64,000 bases of DNA from Epiperipatus broadwayi. Lineage: Eukaryota > Animalia > Onychophora. The stretch lies in the NCBI GenBank assembly GCA_028023455.1, contig JAQFVV010000008.1, positions 434,001 to 498,000 on the forward strand. The letters run 5' to 3'. Positions 1 through 14,696 of this stretch are shown piece after piece; position 1 is the stretch's first letter, and each line of letters begins with the position of its first letter. The notes under the pieces are model-generated. The model did not search any database. It saw only the letters and a list, made by a program, of their open reading frames with translations, and was not told the DNA's origin. The translations under genes were made by a program, and so were the position numbers.

Positions 1-2775
1 ATATACATCATACCTCTAAAATAACTTTTAAATTTAAAATTTTTTAGTAAATTGATATAAACAATTCATCCTGACCTAAACAAAAGGGTACAATATATAT
101 CTGAAATAATAACTCATTTAACCATCTCTATTGGTCAGTCTTAGGGTAATGTGATGGTATCTTTGAATTTATTGTTGATGGTATATGAGCACCACCTATA
201 ACTTTGATTATAGGACCATACTATGGTAACTAATTTCCATACCCTAAATTTAAAAAATATCTGATTATCACACACATCAAATAACATTGTTTATCTCAAA
301 TAGTGCATAGAATTGAAAATAAAGAAATGCCAAAAATTTAAATTGTAATTAAATAAGTAATTGTTATGATTTGAATGCTGTACAAGGTTGAATACTGAAT
401 TAAGTTCTTGGCATATATCAATATTCATATTTAAAATATTAATTTTGAAACTAAAATATTTGTAAATTTAACATGTGTCATATAAAAAATATTTACTTGA
501 AAAAATCCTTATGCATTGTCATAAGAACATTCTATAATAATATATTTTTTTACATGAATATAAACAGAGAATGAAATGAATTATGGGTAAACACAATCAA
601 CCTTTCTCTTCAATTCTCTCATGTAATTGAAATATGGGCAGCTAATCTCATTGGATACAAACAAGTATTTATGAGGAGTGAAAAAAGAAATAAACTATTA
701 CAATATTTCAATTATTCATAAAGCATTAAATAATGAACATTTAAATAGACAATATAAAAAAACACGTACACATACTTTTAAATATAATTAAAGTTAGTAA
801 AATTTGATTAAAATTGTTAAAATAAATAAATCAAAAGCCCTTATCTCAACTAACATTTTAGTTTTTTTCATTTCAAATGTTTGGGTACAACTTTTCTGAA
901 TTTTTATGTGCAGATAGTAGGATATTTCTAAAGATTCAAATTCTTATCCGTTCTTCTTCCTTAATGAGAACTGTATTTATATGGAAAAATTTCTTCTTGC
1001 TTAAGGTTATTATTTTTTTCAACAGTTAAAATTCTATTAAAGTTTTGCCTTTTCATATAAAGATTTTTCAAGGTAGATATTTTATATTCAGTTGATCACA
1101 TAAGAGGAAGGCAGATTCAAAAGCTGGAGACAACACTTTGGATGATCTTGAAGGCTATATTTCATCAGGATTGATCATGACTAGTAGGGTTTAGTGAATC
1201 TAGTCTCACATTTCAATGTTTACAAGAACATAGCAAAGTTTTTTCGTGCTGCTATAATTTTAGATGAACTTCAGCTTCTATTTGGTTTATTAGAATCTTC
1301 ATACTCCTTGTCACCTACTTGCTAAATTGCAGCTGGAATTTTGTTTGCTGTTAAGTTTATAGGAAACTACTAAATATTAGAACATTGACTTTAATATTGA
1401 AACTTGATTTATTAAATCTTTTTAATTTTATGATGCAACTGACCAATCATCAAAGTATTTGTTCAATAATTCTATGCTGTTATTTGATTTAGAATTTTAT
1501 TATATAAGAGCATATTTTTGGTTATCTACTTCAAATTTATTTTGTAAACTATCAGATTAACCAAATAAAAATTTCTAAACAACCTAATTATAATTTTATT
1601 CAACTTTAAGAATAATAATAATTTTTTATATATATTTTTAAACCATAACTAGACTGCAAAAATTAAAAAATGTTCATTTTAGTAAGTTATGTTTACATAA
1701 AAATCATAAATTTTTTTATACTCACAAAAATTTTTTCAAGTATTTTTGTTTATTTTTATATTTATAATTTTCAAATTGATAATAATTTATTCACTATAGA
1801 TTTTGTAGCTCCTGTACTTCTTTTTATTTTTAATCTTTCTATCCAAAAATCACTTCTTGCTAATAGGTAGGAAATCACTAAAATAGTTCCTGTATATAAG
1901 AATAGTCATAAAGATATAAATGCAAGTGAATTTGATAATAATTCCAGCTAAATTTTTGAATTGGTTGTATATGAATCTTTATACTTATCTGAAAAAATTT
2001 ATTCCAAAATTTCAGCATGGGTTTATGAGAAGCAGATTTATGATTACGAACATGATGCAATTTGATAATCAAAATTAAGTTGATACAATTTTTTTTTGTC
2101 TAAGCCATTTGATAACTTATCTTCCACTCTATACTTATTAGTAAATTAGATTATTTAGGATTGACTTTTTATATATGATTGTAGAATATATTGATTTAAA
2201 TAAATTGAATTGAATTACTATGCCAAATTATTTCCTTTATAGTATATAAAAAGATTAAATAATAACTGGGTTTTCCATCCTTTTTCAATATTTTTTTCCT
2301 ACACATATACATAGATTGTTTTTGAGCAATCCTCTCTTGATATTTTAACTTAGCAATGCATTGGATAAATTTGCTATTTGGTTGTTTTATTAATTCTTAT
2401 TTATACTTTATTTAGTAACATATTTAAAATTGTATAGATTTTTAATAAGGGAATGCATTTAAAGCTGAAAAATCAATAATTGATTCTACTCATATATCTA
2501 ATATATATGTTGTGAATTCTGAATGTTTTTGTTTTTTTTAATTTTATATATATATTTAAATATTAAGACAGTATTTAACAGGATTTTTGTAAACTATCAA
2601 TTAAAAGAAGGCATTGAAATTACTCAAGATTTATAAGTATTGTAAATAAGATATACATATATGTACACATATGTGTATGTTTATTATTTTTTGTTACTAA
2701 GCTCTTTTTTTTTTAATTTCTGACCAGAAAGTATTGTCTTCAAAATTGCACTCATGAAAATTATATCATCTATAT

Positions 2776-5700
2776 CAACAGTCGGCAAACGGTGGTCCTC
2801 GGAGTACTGGTGGTCCATGATGTAATTTTAATGGTCTCAAAAAAATTTAGATATTATTTAAATTCGCTAAGCTCATTTGATAAAATTTTTAAATAAAAAT
2901 AAATTTTGTTTATGCTGTATTATTATATGTAAAATAAAACAAGAACATTATATTGCTAATTGATTTGTTACAAAATACTACTGTGACTTGCAAAACATCT
3001 ACCTCAAAGACATTTAATTAACTCCTATTCGGTCAGCGGCATAGAAAAAGTAACAAAATAAGAATACCGAATTCTGTACAATTGATTAGATGTGATGTGA
3101 TGCACTGTCATTTTTCCTTATATGGAGTCAGAAATCTCTCAGCAACTATTCCCAGAGAAACCTGTTAGCCACTTTAACTTCCCTTTCCATTCCTCACCCC
3201 AAGTTTTCCCATATTCTTCTTTATCCTGCTCCATCCTATTTCCACAACATAATCTTTGTCAACTCCATGGTTTTTATATCTAAATCCTCCTTATCTTTTT
3301 CCAAACCCAGTATAAAAACAAATACTCCACTTTCTGTATAATAACTTTGTTTATATTTATTCTTCCACAACTTCATTATTTGTACCCTTTCTGCTTTCAG
3401 GCATTTACATTCAATAAACAGATGTCTAATATTTTCTATACCTTCCTTACACAATTTGCAGACTAAATCACCCTTATTTTTCCATTTATGTATATATTAC
3501 CTTGTTGCTAAAGATCCCGTTCTAGCCTTAAACAATAAACTTTCCTTGCTATTATCATAAATTAACTTACACCCAATATTTTTTTATAAATATTTATTCT
3601 CCTTTTACTCTCCATACTATCTCTCCAACTCCCTATTCTTTATTAATGCATCTATTCTTCTATCCCATTCCTTAACATTATAACATTCAACAATTCCCCT
3701 AACACAATCATCCCATCTTTTGTATAAGTATACTGATGTAAATTCTTTATCCAAATCTTCTGCATATTGCATTACCTTTCTCACCTATCTTGTTGCCTGC
3801 TCTTTTTTCATAACCCAATTAACTACTATTTTGGCTATTCTTTTATTATCCATAAACTGCAATCTACCAAACATTTTCATTTTGCTTTTTGCATCTCATA
3901 TAAAAACCTGACCATCCGATTTCACCTTGAATTGCCTCCTTTGCCATCCATACATCTGCATCTAATGCATGTCTTCCTACTTCTCTTTGTATTTTTTCTA
4001 AGTAATCTAATACCCTTTTACTAACACATAACGCATCATTACCATATGTTAACTCTGCTATTGCCACTCCTTTCCATACAATTCTAGCTACATCATATTT
4101 ATTATATGAGAACATTGTTAATTTCTTTATCAATCCCTTTCTTTTCTTTGCTTCATTTATCAATTTTTTCTCCCATTCATCCAAGCAATTTCTCTGATTA
4201 CTTAAGATGATTCCCCAAATAGTTATATCTATTCATCACACTTAACTTTATATACCCCAATAAAAAAATGTTGTCTTCTCTTTCCCCAATATTAATCATC
4301 ATTATTTTTGATTTTTCTTCACTAAATTTAATCCCCATCTCTTTGCGCACAAAAACACATCATCCACAAATATAAGACCCGACAATGTATATACAGTCTT
4401 TCCACCTATTGATGGTATCTCTACTCCTCTTCCTAGTCTTTCTCTTGCTCTCTCCATTTTTCTCAAATACAACAAAAACAAAATAGGTAACATAGGGCAT
4501 CCTTGCCTTAGTCCCACCCCATTTTTAACTAACTGATTCTATATTCCCTAATTGATACGTATAGTAATTATTTTTTTTATAATTTCTTAATAATATCCAC
4601 TAAGGCTCCATCCATTCCCAAATTTACTAAACTTACCCATAATCTATTTCTATTTACTCATCATGTAACTTTTTTATATCTATAAAAACCATATATAACT
4701 GTCTACCTGTATTTCTACTCATATCCATAAATTGTGTAACTACAAATAAACTATCTCCTATATGCCTATCTGATTGAAAATCTCCTTGCATTTCTCCTAT
4801 TATATTATTTTCTTCCATCCATTTTGCAACCCTTCCAGCCACCATATATGAGAAAACTTTATATAGCACTGGCATTACCACTATTGGTCTATAATTGTTT
4901 AACTTTTTATGATCCTTACCCCCGGGAAATCTCTCTTCTGTGACATCTTATTAAAACATGATAATAGTTTTAATTTTGCCATATGCCTTAAATTCATTAC
5001 CATCTCTGCTGCCCATCCATCCAAACCGCTTGCCTTTCAATTTCTTACTTGTCTCATCCAGTTCATTTTCTGTAAATCATATATCCCATTACTATATGCT
5101 TTCGTGTTTGCTATCACTTTGTCTTTTACATCTAGCATCTTTTCTATATCCATTACATATTTGTTTAAGATTATCTCTAATTCTTTTCTAGAGCTACACT
5201 TTATTCCCTCATCATTTAGTAATACTATTTTTTTCTCCCCTACATTCTTTTTTTTAATGTATTTCCAAAAATTTTTACTCCCATCTCTTCCACTTTTATT
5301 ATTATTCTCCAAAAGTTTACTATTCAGCTTCATTCTTTCTATATAATTTTCTATTTTAACCAACTTTTTTTTTTTCTAAGTACTTTTCCCATTTAGCATT
5401 AACATCTTTTTCACTTTCTTTGTTCTTAATAGCACACTTATATTCTCTGCATGCTTTTTCCCTCTCCTTTACACTTTTACTAACTCTCACTTTCCTATTA
5501 CTTTTATTCTTCTGAATATTCTCACCTAAAGTCCTATTTGCCACTTTTTCTATTTCACCACACCAGTTCTTATTCTCATCCCCAACCAACACTTTCATGG
5601 TTTTTTCAACTTTTATTTTATACTCTTCTAACTTATTCTTATCATTCATTCTCCATCCACATAACCATTTCTATTATAAAGAAGTTATGATCACTACTAC

Positions 5701-6829
5701 ATACTCTCTCTTCATTATTAAACACCTTAATTTTCCATACTTTATTCATTCCCTTTTTCTCCACTAATACATAATCTATTGTGTGGAATATATTATTTCT
5801 AGACTAAGTGTACTGTCCCTCATAAATATTTGATAAATTTCCAATGCTCAAATCCACTCTGACAAAAACTCTTCAAAAGCTGTCCATTCTTATTACCTAC
5901 ATCATCAATTTCTTCAATATGCCCATTCATATCCCCTATAACCATTATTCTCTTCCCCTTTTCTTTGAAACTCTGTATACCTTTAACTAAGCATTCATAT
6001 ATTCTACTGTTCCACTCCATTATAGATTGACTATCTCCAGTGGCTATATACACTATGCCACCATCCATTCTTGTCTTCCTAATCTTATCTCAAACCTTGA
6101 CATTTAACAGTATTTAAATATTTTTTTGACAGAACTCCTATACCGCCACCCCTTTTTTCTTTTCCTTTTCTATTTATACTCTGCTATATCAAGTCTTCCA
6201 TAATAGGTTCTTCTTCTTTTTGATGTGTTTCCACTACTGCTAATACCTCAAGCTCTTCATTTTTAATTGCTTTGTTTAATTCCAGCCCCTTGCATATTCA
6301 AATATCCAATTTTAATAAGTTCTTCTTTCTTAACTATTCTTTTATAAATTCTTTTGATTCTTTCTTCTCCATTATATTTATAAATAACTTGCTTACCATT
6401 AATTTTACAGATTCATTCTCTCTCCACATCTACATTTATATCTAAATCAGCTAACCTTTGTTTAGATATCAAATTTGACTGTGTCGTACCCTTCATAATT
6501 GGGTTAACTAAAACTAAAAAATTTAAGAATTTTGAAGGAAAATACATCTATAAAAATTATTAAAGAATAGAATACTATTCGTTATTAATCTTAAATAATT
6601 TTTGGAGATACGAATTAGAAAATTACACATATAAAACGTAACAAATATGTATTTATACATTCGTTTATTTTTATGAAATAAAATGGGCATTATATTAACA
6701 AAAAACAAATTATAAAACATATAAATATTAATATATAAATAAAAATATATGTATATCATACTCAATGCTCATGACCTTTAAAAATTATGTTAGTGGTCCG
6801 CAATATCTAAAAGGTTGCCAACCGCTGTG
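2776..6829. mobile_element. Non-autonomous hAT (Charlie/Buster-like) element interrupted by a LINE insertion
   Basis: Imperfect 15-bp TIRs: CAACAGTCGGCAAAC (2776-2790) versus the reverse complement of 6813-6827, CAGCGGTTGGCAACC (11/15). 8-bp ATCTATAT at 2768-2775 and 6830-6837, the right copy offset 2 nt from the TIR. Subterminal GTGGTCC motifs at both ends. Confidence 0.6.
3089..6500 (-). mobile_element. Degenerate, near full-length APE-endonuclease LINE with C-terminal CCHC knuckle (RTEX/L2-like; clade uncertain)
   Basis: Minus-strand fragments in the expected order: EN (KIGYLNMQG..EVLAVVETH; IMVIGDMNGH), RT (RPI..MPVLYK; MVFIDIKK; GLRQGCPMLPILF; FVDDVFL), then C..C.E...H....C at about 3400-3460. 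3' (CATCA)n tail at 3089-3102. Many stops and frameshifts. Confidence 0.9.
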
Positions 6830-7388
6830 ATCTATATCACCGAAGTTATGTAATTTGTAACTTGCTTTTTTTTTTTAATTTAGGAATCTCCAAATAGTAA
6901 AATTAATTTGCTAATTAAATCTTTTGTTAAATTATTTTATTCATTTTTGTTGTATGTGTATCAAATTTGATCTTTCATTTATTCACATATTTTTCACAGT
7001 TTCTAAATTATTTTGAATTAGTATATAATCTTAATAATAGCAGTTATTTTTATTTGAAATCTTCCATATATGATTAGTATGATTCTTGAACTTTATTTGT
7101 TAATCATACTATTTTTTTAAATAATTTCCTTATCTTACAATTAAAAGTCTTACTAAATGGATGAGTGCACAAAGATTTATAATAGTTATGAAACAGAGTA
7201 TGATCAGACGTTAATTTCTTTCTGCACAATTATCTTATAATTGTATCACATTTTGTTCTATGACCACAATCTTCATGTTTTATTTTGTTATCTTAAATTT
7301 CTATAACATTTCTATTATCTTACACAAATGTTTTTGTTTTTTCAGTTTTTTTATTTTCTCATGCAGATTATTAACTTCACTCATCTTT

Positions 7389-8107
7389 GACTTGATTTCC
7401 TTGCAATTATTGTTATTGCTCTTAAAACGTTGGTGATTTTATATTGCTAAAGCTATTAATATATGGTTTATCTGTACTTAGTTCAGTCCCATATGGCTAT
7501 TTAAGTTAGATAGCTAAATTTGAGGTCATATGGATGTCTGAAAATTTCAGATTTTCTACTTAATAGTTAAACATTAGATAAAGTGCTGGGCTTGATCTGG
7601 TATTTAAAATCTAATGCTTGAATATTCTAGCGCCTCACTGACGAAAGCCAGATGTAGGAACTGGTCTGAGGATAGAGATATTCTGAAAAGCTAGTTAAGA
7701 GCTATTGGTACGCTCATTATATAACATTTGTAATACAAGCTTATTAAATTAAGTCATGTGATACATGACTTGATTTCCTTGCAATTATTGTTATTGCTCT
7801 TAAGGCTTTGGTGATTTTATATTGCTAAAGCTATTAATATATGGTGTATCTGAACTTAGTTCAGTCCCATATTCTATTTAAGTTAGATAGCTAGATTTGA
7901 AGACACGGATGTCTGAAAATTTCAGATTTTCTACTTAATAATTAAACATTAGGTAAAATGCTGGGCTTGACCTGGTATTTTAAATCTAGTGCTTGAATAT
8001 CCTAGTGTCTCACTGACAAAAGCCAGAGCTAGAAACCAGTATAGGGACATAGATGTTCTGAAAAGCTTGTTAAGAGCTATTGGCACCTCACTATATGACA
8101 TTTGTAA
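7389..8107 (-). repeat. Diverged tandem duplication (378-bp period) of a Jockey-like LINE C-terminal fragment
   Basis: 7389-7733 and 7767-8107 are clearly homologous. The minus strand reads LLSRKSEI...VFKS...IEYGTEL...TKALRAIT, resembling the Jockey-clade post-RT region (LL.RKS.LS...YK...YG..LW...QNK.LR.IT). Confidence 0.6.
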
Positions 8108-9270
8108 ACTTACATGAGCTCATTTTATAGCTTGCACTCTCATCAACATATCATTATTCTTTGTTAATTTTTATATATTATGTATGAATTTTTATTACTC
8201 AGTCTTATATTAAATTATTTTGATTAAGATATGGATTAAAAATAAAGATAAAACAATATTTTAAATAACTGACTTCGGAAAGGTTTTTCCAATAGCCCCT
8301 TAAAAATGAACAATGAAAGAGAAGTGATTAATTATCTCGCTTGCCAATACCTATTGGTGAGCATTTGTAATAATTTTCTATTCTTTTTTGTCCTCTAGCT
8401 AAAAATTACTGGCTAATAAAATAGTTAGCTGAGTTGAATATGGAGTGGCCATCTAGAAGAAAAACATTAAGCCTGTTATAGCATTTGCAAAAATTTCAAC
8501 ATTTCTATTAGCTCATATAGAATGATACACAAATATACTAGCTATTTCACAAAAAGGTCTGCCAAATGCATGAAATACTATAAAAGATAAATCTTAATAT
8601 TCTCTTTAATTTGTAATATTTAGAATTTACATTAATTTTTTATTTATAGTTAATAATAAACAAAAATAAGCTCTATATCTGAAAGTCATTCCATTATTTA
8701 CTATATGTTGAACTAATCGATAAATTGTATAAAGCTTTTTCGTTTTTTTATTTACTTATTTATATTTAAATACCTTCATAGTGCTGAGTATACTGCATCT
8801 ACCTTCTGTGACTATGAATTATGTTTGAATCCAGATTATACACAAATGTAATTTTTATCAGGTAACTGGCCCACAACCAATCCAGTTAATTATTTAACAT
8901 TGAATAGCAATGGATATCTAACTCTATTTTTAATTAGGGAATAAAAGAAAGATGGAAAAATTTTCAAACTCTCACCATCCAGCCCCTGAAAAGTTTAAAG
9001 AATACTGTCTTTTCCTTCATTGTTCCTCTATAAGAGACTGTTGGAAAGATCTTTTCCTGCATTTATCTATGTAATAATTGTTTTATATATATATGTAATA
9101 ATATATTGGACATAAGATTTTATGAATTATTACATAAAATTTTTGATGTTCCAATATACAAATTGATCTATGGATATATAGTATATAAACATTGTATTAG
9201 TTATTTTAGAAATGTCAAGCATCAGTTAATATTGACTATTATAGTATTTATATATATATTTATTATTAAG

Positions 9271-9419
9271 GTTAAAATATGGAATATCGATACTGGATTT
9301 TGTTTTGTCACACTTCATGAACATTCTGCTGCCATCACAGGATTAGCATTCAAGAAAACAGGCAAAGTTGTGATTTCTTCATCATTAGATGGCACAGTAA
9401 GAGCATTTGATTTAACCAG
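9271..9419 (+). CDS. PWP2: PWP2 internal coding exon (first in window; upstream exons outside window)
   Basis: AG at 9269-9270 and GT at 9420-9421. Encodes VKIWNIDTGFCFVTLHEHSAAITGLAFKKTGKVVISSSLDGTVRAFDLT plus 2 nt, matching the PWP2 WD40 segment VKVWN..SGFCFVTF.EH...DGTVRAFDL recalled from known orthologues. Confidence 0.95.
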
Positions 9420-12400
9420 GTAAAAATTAACAATTAATTACTTATAATTTCTATTGTTTTTATTGTTATTATACTTGTATTAGTATTCATTAAAAACCAG
9501 TCAATACTTAAACAATATCAATAACAATCAAGAATTTCAAGCTGTTATTGTATTGGTATATTTTAGTAACAAAGAGTTTGCTATGGCTGAAAAATAATAG
9601 ATTATTTTGGAGCATCCATTCGTATTATTGCTCACAAATATATATGATGGCATGTAATAATAATAAAAACATAGTCTACTATATTCTGATCTCTAGATGA
9701 AGTATGTCTTTATATATAAGAATTGTTAGATGTAGAAGTTATTATATGAAAAGATAAATGGAATGTTAGGAGCAAAGAAGATTGTAATATATATTTTAAC
9801 AAATGTAGTACAAGAAATTAGATAAATAAAATGAAAGGATTTGGAGGAAAGAAGGAAAAAGGAATAATATATTTTTATTCTGGGGATAACAATAGATATA
9901 TTAGATTAAATATTGTTTTGGGACCAAAAATATTGTGGTTATATTAAAAACTATTTCAAGATATTTCATACAAATTTAAATCCTAATAGTAAATTTGATG
10001 AAATAGAAGTTATGTAAGAGTGAGAAAATTGAAACAAATAATTGAAAAAGTAGAAAAAATATCATGAAACGTGATAATGGAAGGATTGGAGTACTGTGAT
10101 GGTGTGAAAAAAAAAAAAGAAAAAATTGCAATATGAACTAGAAGCATTGTAGATGGTAATGAATTTCTGGTACGAAATTGTAAAAGTCTATACCTGTTTT
10201 TTTTTCTTATATAAATTGGTTTTTATGTAAATTTTCTGATAAGTATAAAGTTTACAGAAAGCACATAAATTTTCAAAATACATCATAACTTTTAGTGTTG
10301 AATGATACAAAATAAATTCTGGATTGTTTGATGTACTGTTAGAATGACAGACGTGGTGGAGCTCTGCTGATTTCGATATTCCCAAACAATAAATCATTTG
10401 ATTGTTATTTTTGTTCAGTTTAAGGGCATGGAAAAAAAGCAAAGAAATATTTTAATTCATTAATAGCAATACATCATATTATTCCGATCAAAGTTGAAAA
10501 AGAAGGGATGATGCATAAAACTTTATTAATCATAGAATTATCAATTTCAGGGCATCCATTAGAAGTATGATGTTTAAAATAATATATGTTTCAAAAAAAT
10601 GAACTCATTAAAGGAAAATGTACTTTAATATGTTAGAGCAACAAAAGTTATTATGTTTTGACTTATTCAAAGAATGGCTTTTTTAATATGTAATTCAGAT
10701 TATATATATATATGAAATTAAAAACATTTTTTTAATTTATAAAATCTAAACATATTGAAAATTTTTAATCATTCCATTTTTAAATTATTTTATTTATTAT
10801 TTTTCAGTCATTTCTGGTAAAAAAAATAATCTTGAAAATTTTCTCTGCTTTTTTGATTGAGCAAAATACATATTTTCTTATCATTCTCTTTCTCATCCTG
10901 CTAATAAAATAATAAAGGTTGTACTTAGTAAGAATACTATTTTTTGTTTTTTAAGCATCAAGCAAAAGAGATATCTTTATTTATTCATAAATATCAGCTT
11001 TAATCACTTAATTGTCATTATCTTCCTCTGGTGACATCCTTTTTTATACCTCAAACAGCATGTTTCACTGCACTATCTTATATCTACAATTTTATCTACA
11101 TCTACTAAATCTATGTTTTCCAAATTCATCAAAATTAAGTATTTCTTCTATGTGTAATAAAGAAATCTCAAACTTTTTTTAAAATATTCTTTTTATTAGT
11201 GATCTGAGTTCCAGCTAACTTGTTTAAAGGTTCGAAGTAATGTTTCCTTATTTAAAATTTGGTTAGTTTTACTTTAATTTTTCCATTTTTCATTGAATTT
11301 TTTAATTAAATTTCAATTAAAAGAATGAATATCTCTGTTTTTTAAATTGTGTTTTTTATTTAATTACACTTTTTTTATCATGATTTTAGTGCACTTTGAG
11401 ACTTTAAATTTTGTTTAAAAAAATTTTTCCAAACAGTTGATCTTATCACTTTTCACACTATGTTGAATCAGCTTATTATTCAAATCATTAAACTTTAAGG
11501 ATTGTAATGAGGTAGCTGTTTGAATAAACTATTTCTTATGCATATATGTAGAATTATTGAATCACTAATTTAAACTTCTCCATTATAATAGCATATGCAA
11601 AAAAATCTCCAAAATGTCTAAAATCTTATTTAAGTCAAGTTAGACAAAATGAAGTCATTTTCATTTTAAACACCACTAATATGTAAAGTAAACAAATTAT
11701 TTTCTGCAAATTTAAACCTTTCAGTTTTTTTTTTTTCATTTAACTCTATGTTTTTGATTTCCTCTAATACAGAAAACGTCTCATTTCAAATGATCTAATA
11801 ATGATAAGTTTCTAGATTGAATAAAAGTATTTGCTTTCTTAGAACTATAGAAATTTTATAGAAGACTTAAACCATTATTTTATTATGATGATCAATTATG
11901 GGTTAAGCAAGTGTTTAAAATTGTTTTTTTTTTGTTTTTTTTTTTTTAAATAATTTAGTGTGTGTGTGCGCAATAAAGTTTGAAATAAATCCTATTGTTC
12001 TTTTTATTTGTGAACTTGGTTTTTTTTATATATTCTTAATAAAATGAGCCCCCATTACAGACAATATCAGAGATAGTCTTTATTAGATTACCTTTTTTTA
12101 GTTTCATTTTATGCTAAGTGATCGGAAGGGAAATTCATTGTATGATTGTACACATTGACACTAAGCATGAAGGGTCATAAAAGTTATTCGTTTAGAAAGT
12201 CACAGCTAAAATTAGGCAGATAAAAGTATATCATATCTGAAAGTCTCTTATGATGACTGTAAAAACCAAAGAACAAGTCATTGAGATGTAAATAATTGTT
12301 AAGTATATAATAGAATAATACAAAAAGAAATTTTATTTTGACTTAAAAAATGGAGAAAAATTACTAATGATTATTTTGGTGTTCAGCAGATTTTATGGAA

Positions 12401-12898
12401 ATACTTCAAAAATGACATCATTGAAAATACATTAAATTTTTAATAAATTGATGATAATTTACTTGAAATAGTGTATCCGAGAGTGGGACATATCAATTTT
12501 TATAAAGAATCAAAAGTCATTGATGATAATGTTAATGTCAAAACATTAAGTAAGTACCAAGACATGTTGTCAAAGGGCAGTTTGCTTGCTTTTAGTGAAT
12601 CCCCATGTCATCTTTTGTATAAAAATCCTTAAAAAGTTATTAATCTTTTAGAAAAAAATTATTTATTACAGTAATGGGTATTTTTCCAAATTTGTCATCA
12701 AATTTCTAATTTTGAAAATTAGTCACTTTTTCTGATAGTACCTGCAATTGAAAAAGTTTGAAATTAATACATCCAGTGTTCTATGATTAATCCTGTCATC
12801 TACAAAATATATATACTATACTGATTTTATTGTTTGAAATATTGATTTTCAATCCTGGTATTGATTTTATATTTAATAGTTTACTGGGGATCCCTTAA

Positions 12899-13373
12899 AG
12901 AGAAGAGTTATGTAAATACTATTAGGTCACTTAAGGACAAATGTTTAAGATATATGTTAAAATATATTAAAAAAAAAAAAGAATGAGTATGTGTCCCACC
13001 GACTAAAGGATTAAATAGAAGATTAATTTAATTTGTTCTTGAAGTGGAATTCATAATTTTTAAAATTTTAGGCTGAGGCATTTTTCAAAAATGTTTTATT
13101 GTATGTAGACAAAAATGTTATTTGCTAATATTGATATTTAATAAATGCTTTAAAATATCGAGGTTCCAAAAAAATAAATAAATAGTTTTTAACTGCAAAT
13201 AGAAATTTAAAACTGAGCTACTTTTAATATATTTCATTTATTACGAAATCAAAAATTTTATCAATAAAATATCAACTTTGCGATTTTTTAAATAGAAAAA
13301 CAACAGATGGCGTAAATCAAAATTTTGAAATATTTGATTAAAGTCATTTTTTAATAATTTGCTAACTCTTTCT
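12899..13373. mobile_element. Putative Kolobok-like MITE
   Basis: TTAA at 12895-12898 and TTAT at 13374-13377. Imperfect TIRs AGAGAAGAGTTATGTAAAT versus revcomp AGAAAGAGTTAGCAAAT. Purine-purine termini. Confidence 0.4.
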
Positions 13374-14696
13374 TTATGCACTAATACTACTGAATTATAA
13401 ATTTTTAAAATAATAATAATTATGATTTTTAAGTTATTATTAATAAAATTTGCTATTTAATTGATTATCTAACAATGTAATTAAGGTAAATCTTTTTTTT
13501 TTTTTTGATTATATATATTTTGTCAATAAAACAAAAGGAGTATTTATGAAATTTTGAAAATTCAGTGCCATTTATCAATAGTTAGTTGTTGAGTAATATA
13601 TTCTTACTTTATATTATTATTATAATGATTAATGCTTTACAAATAGTTATTTTTTAAATATTAATTTTAAAATAATTTTTCCCCTTTATTTGATACAGGT
13701 ATTTTTGTTTTTACGTATGTGTTTTATTATGAATTAATTAATATATGTATTTTACTAATGAGAGTATTTAAATGCCCTTTCTTAGCTTATTAATTAACTA
13801 ACATATAAAATAGCTATTTTAATTTTAAATTTCAGAATGTATGTATATATTTCATCTTTTATGCTTTGAAATAAAATGAATCTGCTTTAAAAGGAGATTT
13901 CCATATTTCAACTCTTTTAACATCTTGGATTTATGTTTTGATGGTTAAAAGATTTTATTACTATGAAAATATCTATAGAATCAAATGCCTTTTCATAATT
14001 TACAAATCCAAAATATAATGGTAACCCATGCATTGGTCTTTTCTGTATTTTGTCTTAATGTTTGTATATAATCTATTGTGATGAAACCACTTTTAAATTC
14101 AGTTATTCTTTTGGTTAGTTTAAGCCCAAAATTCTTTGAATGATCTTAAGTAAAGATCTATAGAACTGACAGAATATTGATAGATCTATAATTTCTAATA
14201 TTTTTTTTTTTAGCACTTTCTTAAATAATAATATCACTAATATTTTTCTAATTGTCTAATACATTTTTATCATTTTATAAGTATTGGTATTTTCTTTGTC
14301 AACAATTTCTCTATTTTTTTTAATCTATTTTTAAAATATAATACTAATTACATCATTTCCTGGAGCTTTTCTATTCTTGATAAATGTTATTGCATGTCTC
14401 ATTTTTATTAAAAAATAATTGGCAATTCTAGTGTTACAATTGTAGAAGCTACTTTGATTCTTGTTTTTTATTATTATATGGTTCTTTGTGAACTCTTCCA
14501 AACATTTCATGGTGTCATTCCTCCTTTTAATTTACTGTCATCTTTTTTTATATCTTAATTAAATAATAAACTGAAGACACATTTTCATTCATAATATTAA
14601 TGAGATGTCATTCTATAATATATTAATTACATAATTGCACATAAATTTTATATAATGAAGTATTTATTCATATATTTTACATTTATTTATTTTAAG

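Noticed and set aside
3720-5346. Plus-strand hydrophobic ORFs in the track (for example 3767-4024, 4909-5346; likewise 17034-17333)
   Set aside because: They are antisense shadows of purine-rich LINE coding strands, with no splice or homology support.
7389-8107. 378-bp tandem repeat containing CTGACGA...GAAA, suggesting a non-LTR retrozyme
   Set aside because: Stem II does not close onto GAAA, the second copy reads CTGACAA, and the minus strand translates to Jockey-like LINE motifs.
9590-10160. Purine-rich tracts resembling decayed LINE pieces (also about 37740-38140, 46250-46700, 51200-51950, 54100-54480)
   Set aside because: Only isolated partial motifs; family and limits are unsupported.
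14078-14170. Intronic C/D snoRNA candidates (GTGATGA...CTGA here and at about 33819-33903), plausible because PWP2 is a ribosome-biogenesis gene
   Set aside because: No terminal stems and no recognisable rRNA-complementary guide. These motifs are expected by chance in AT-rich DNA.
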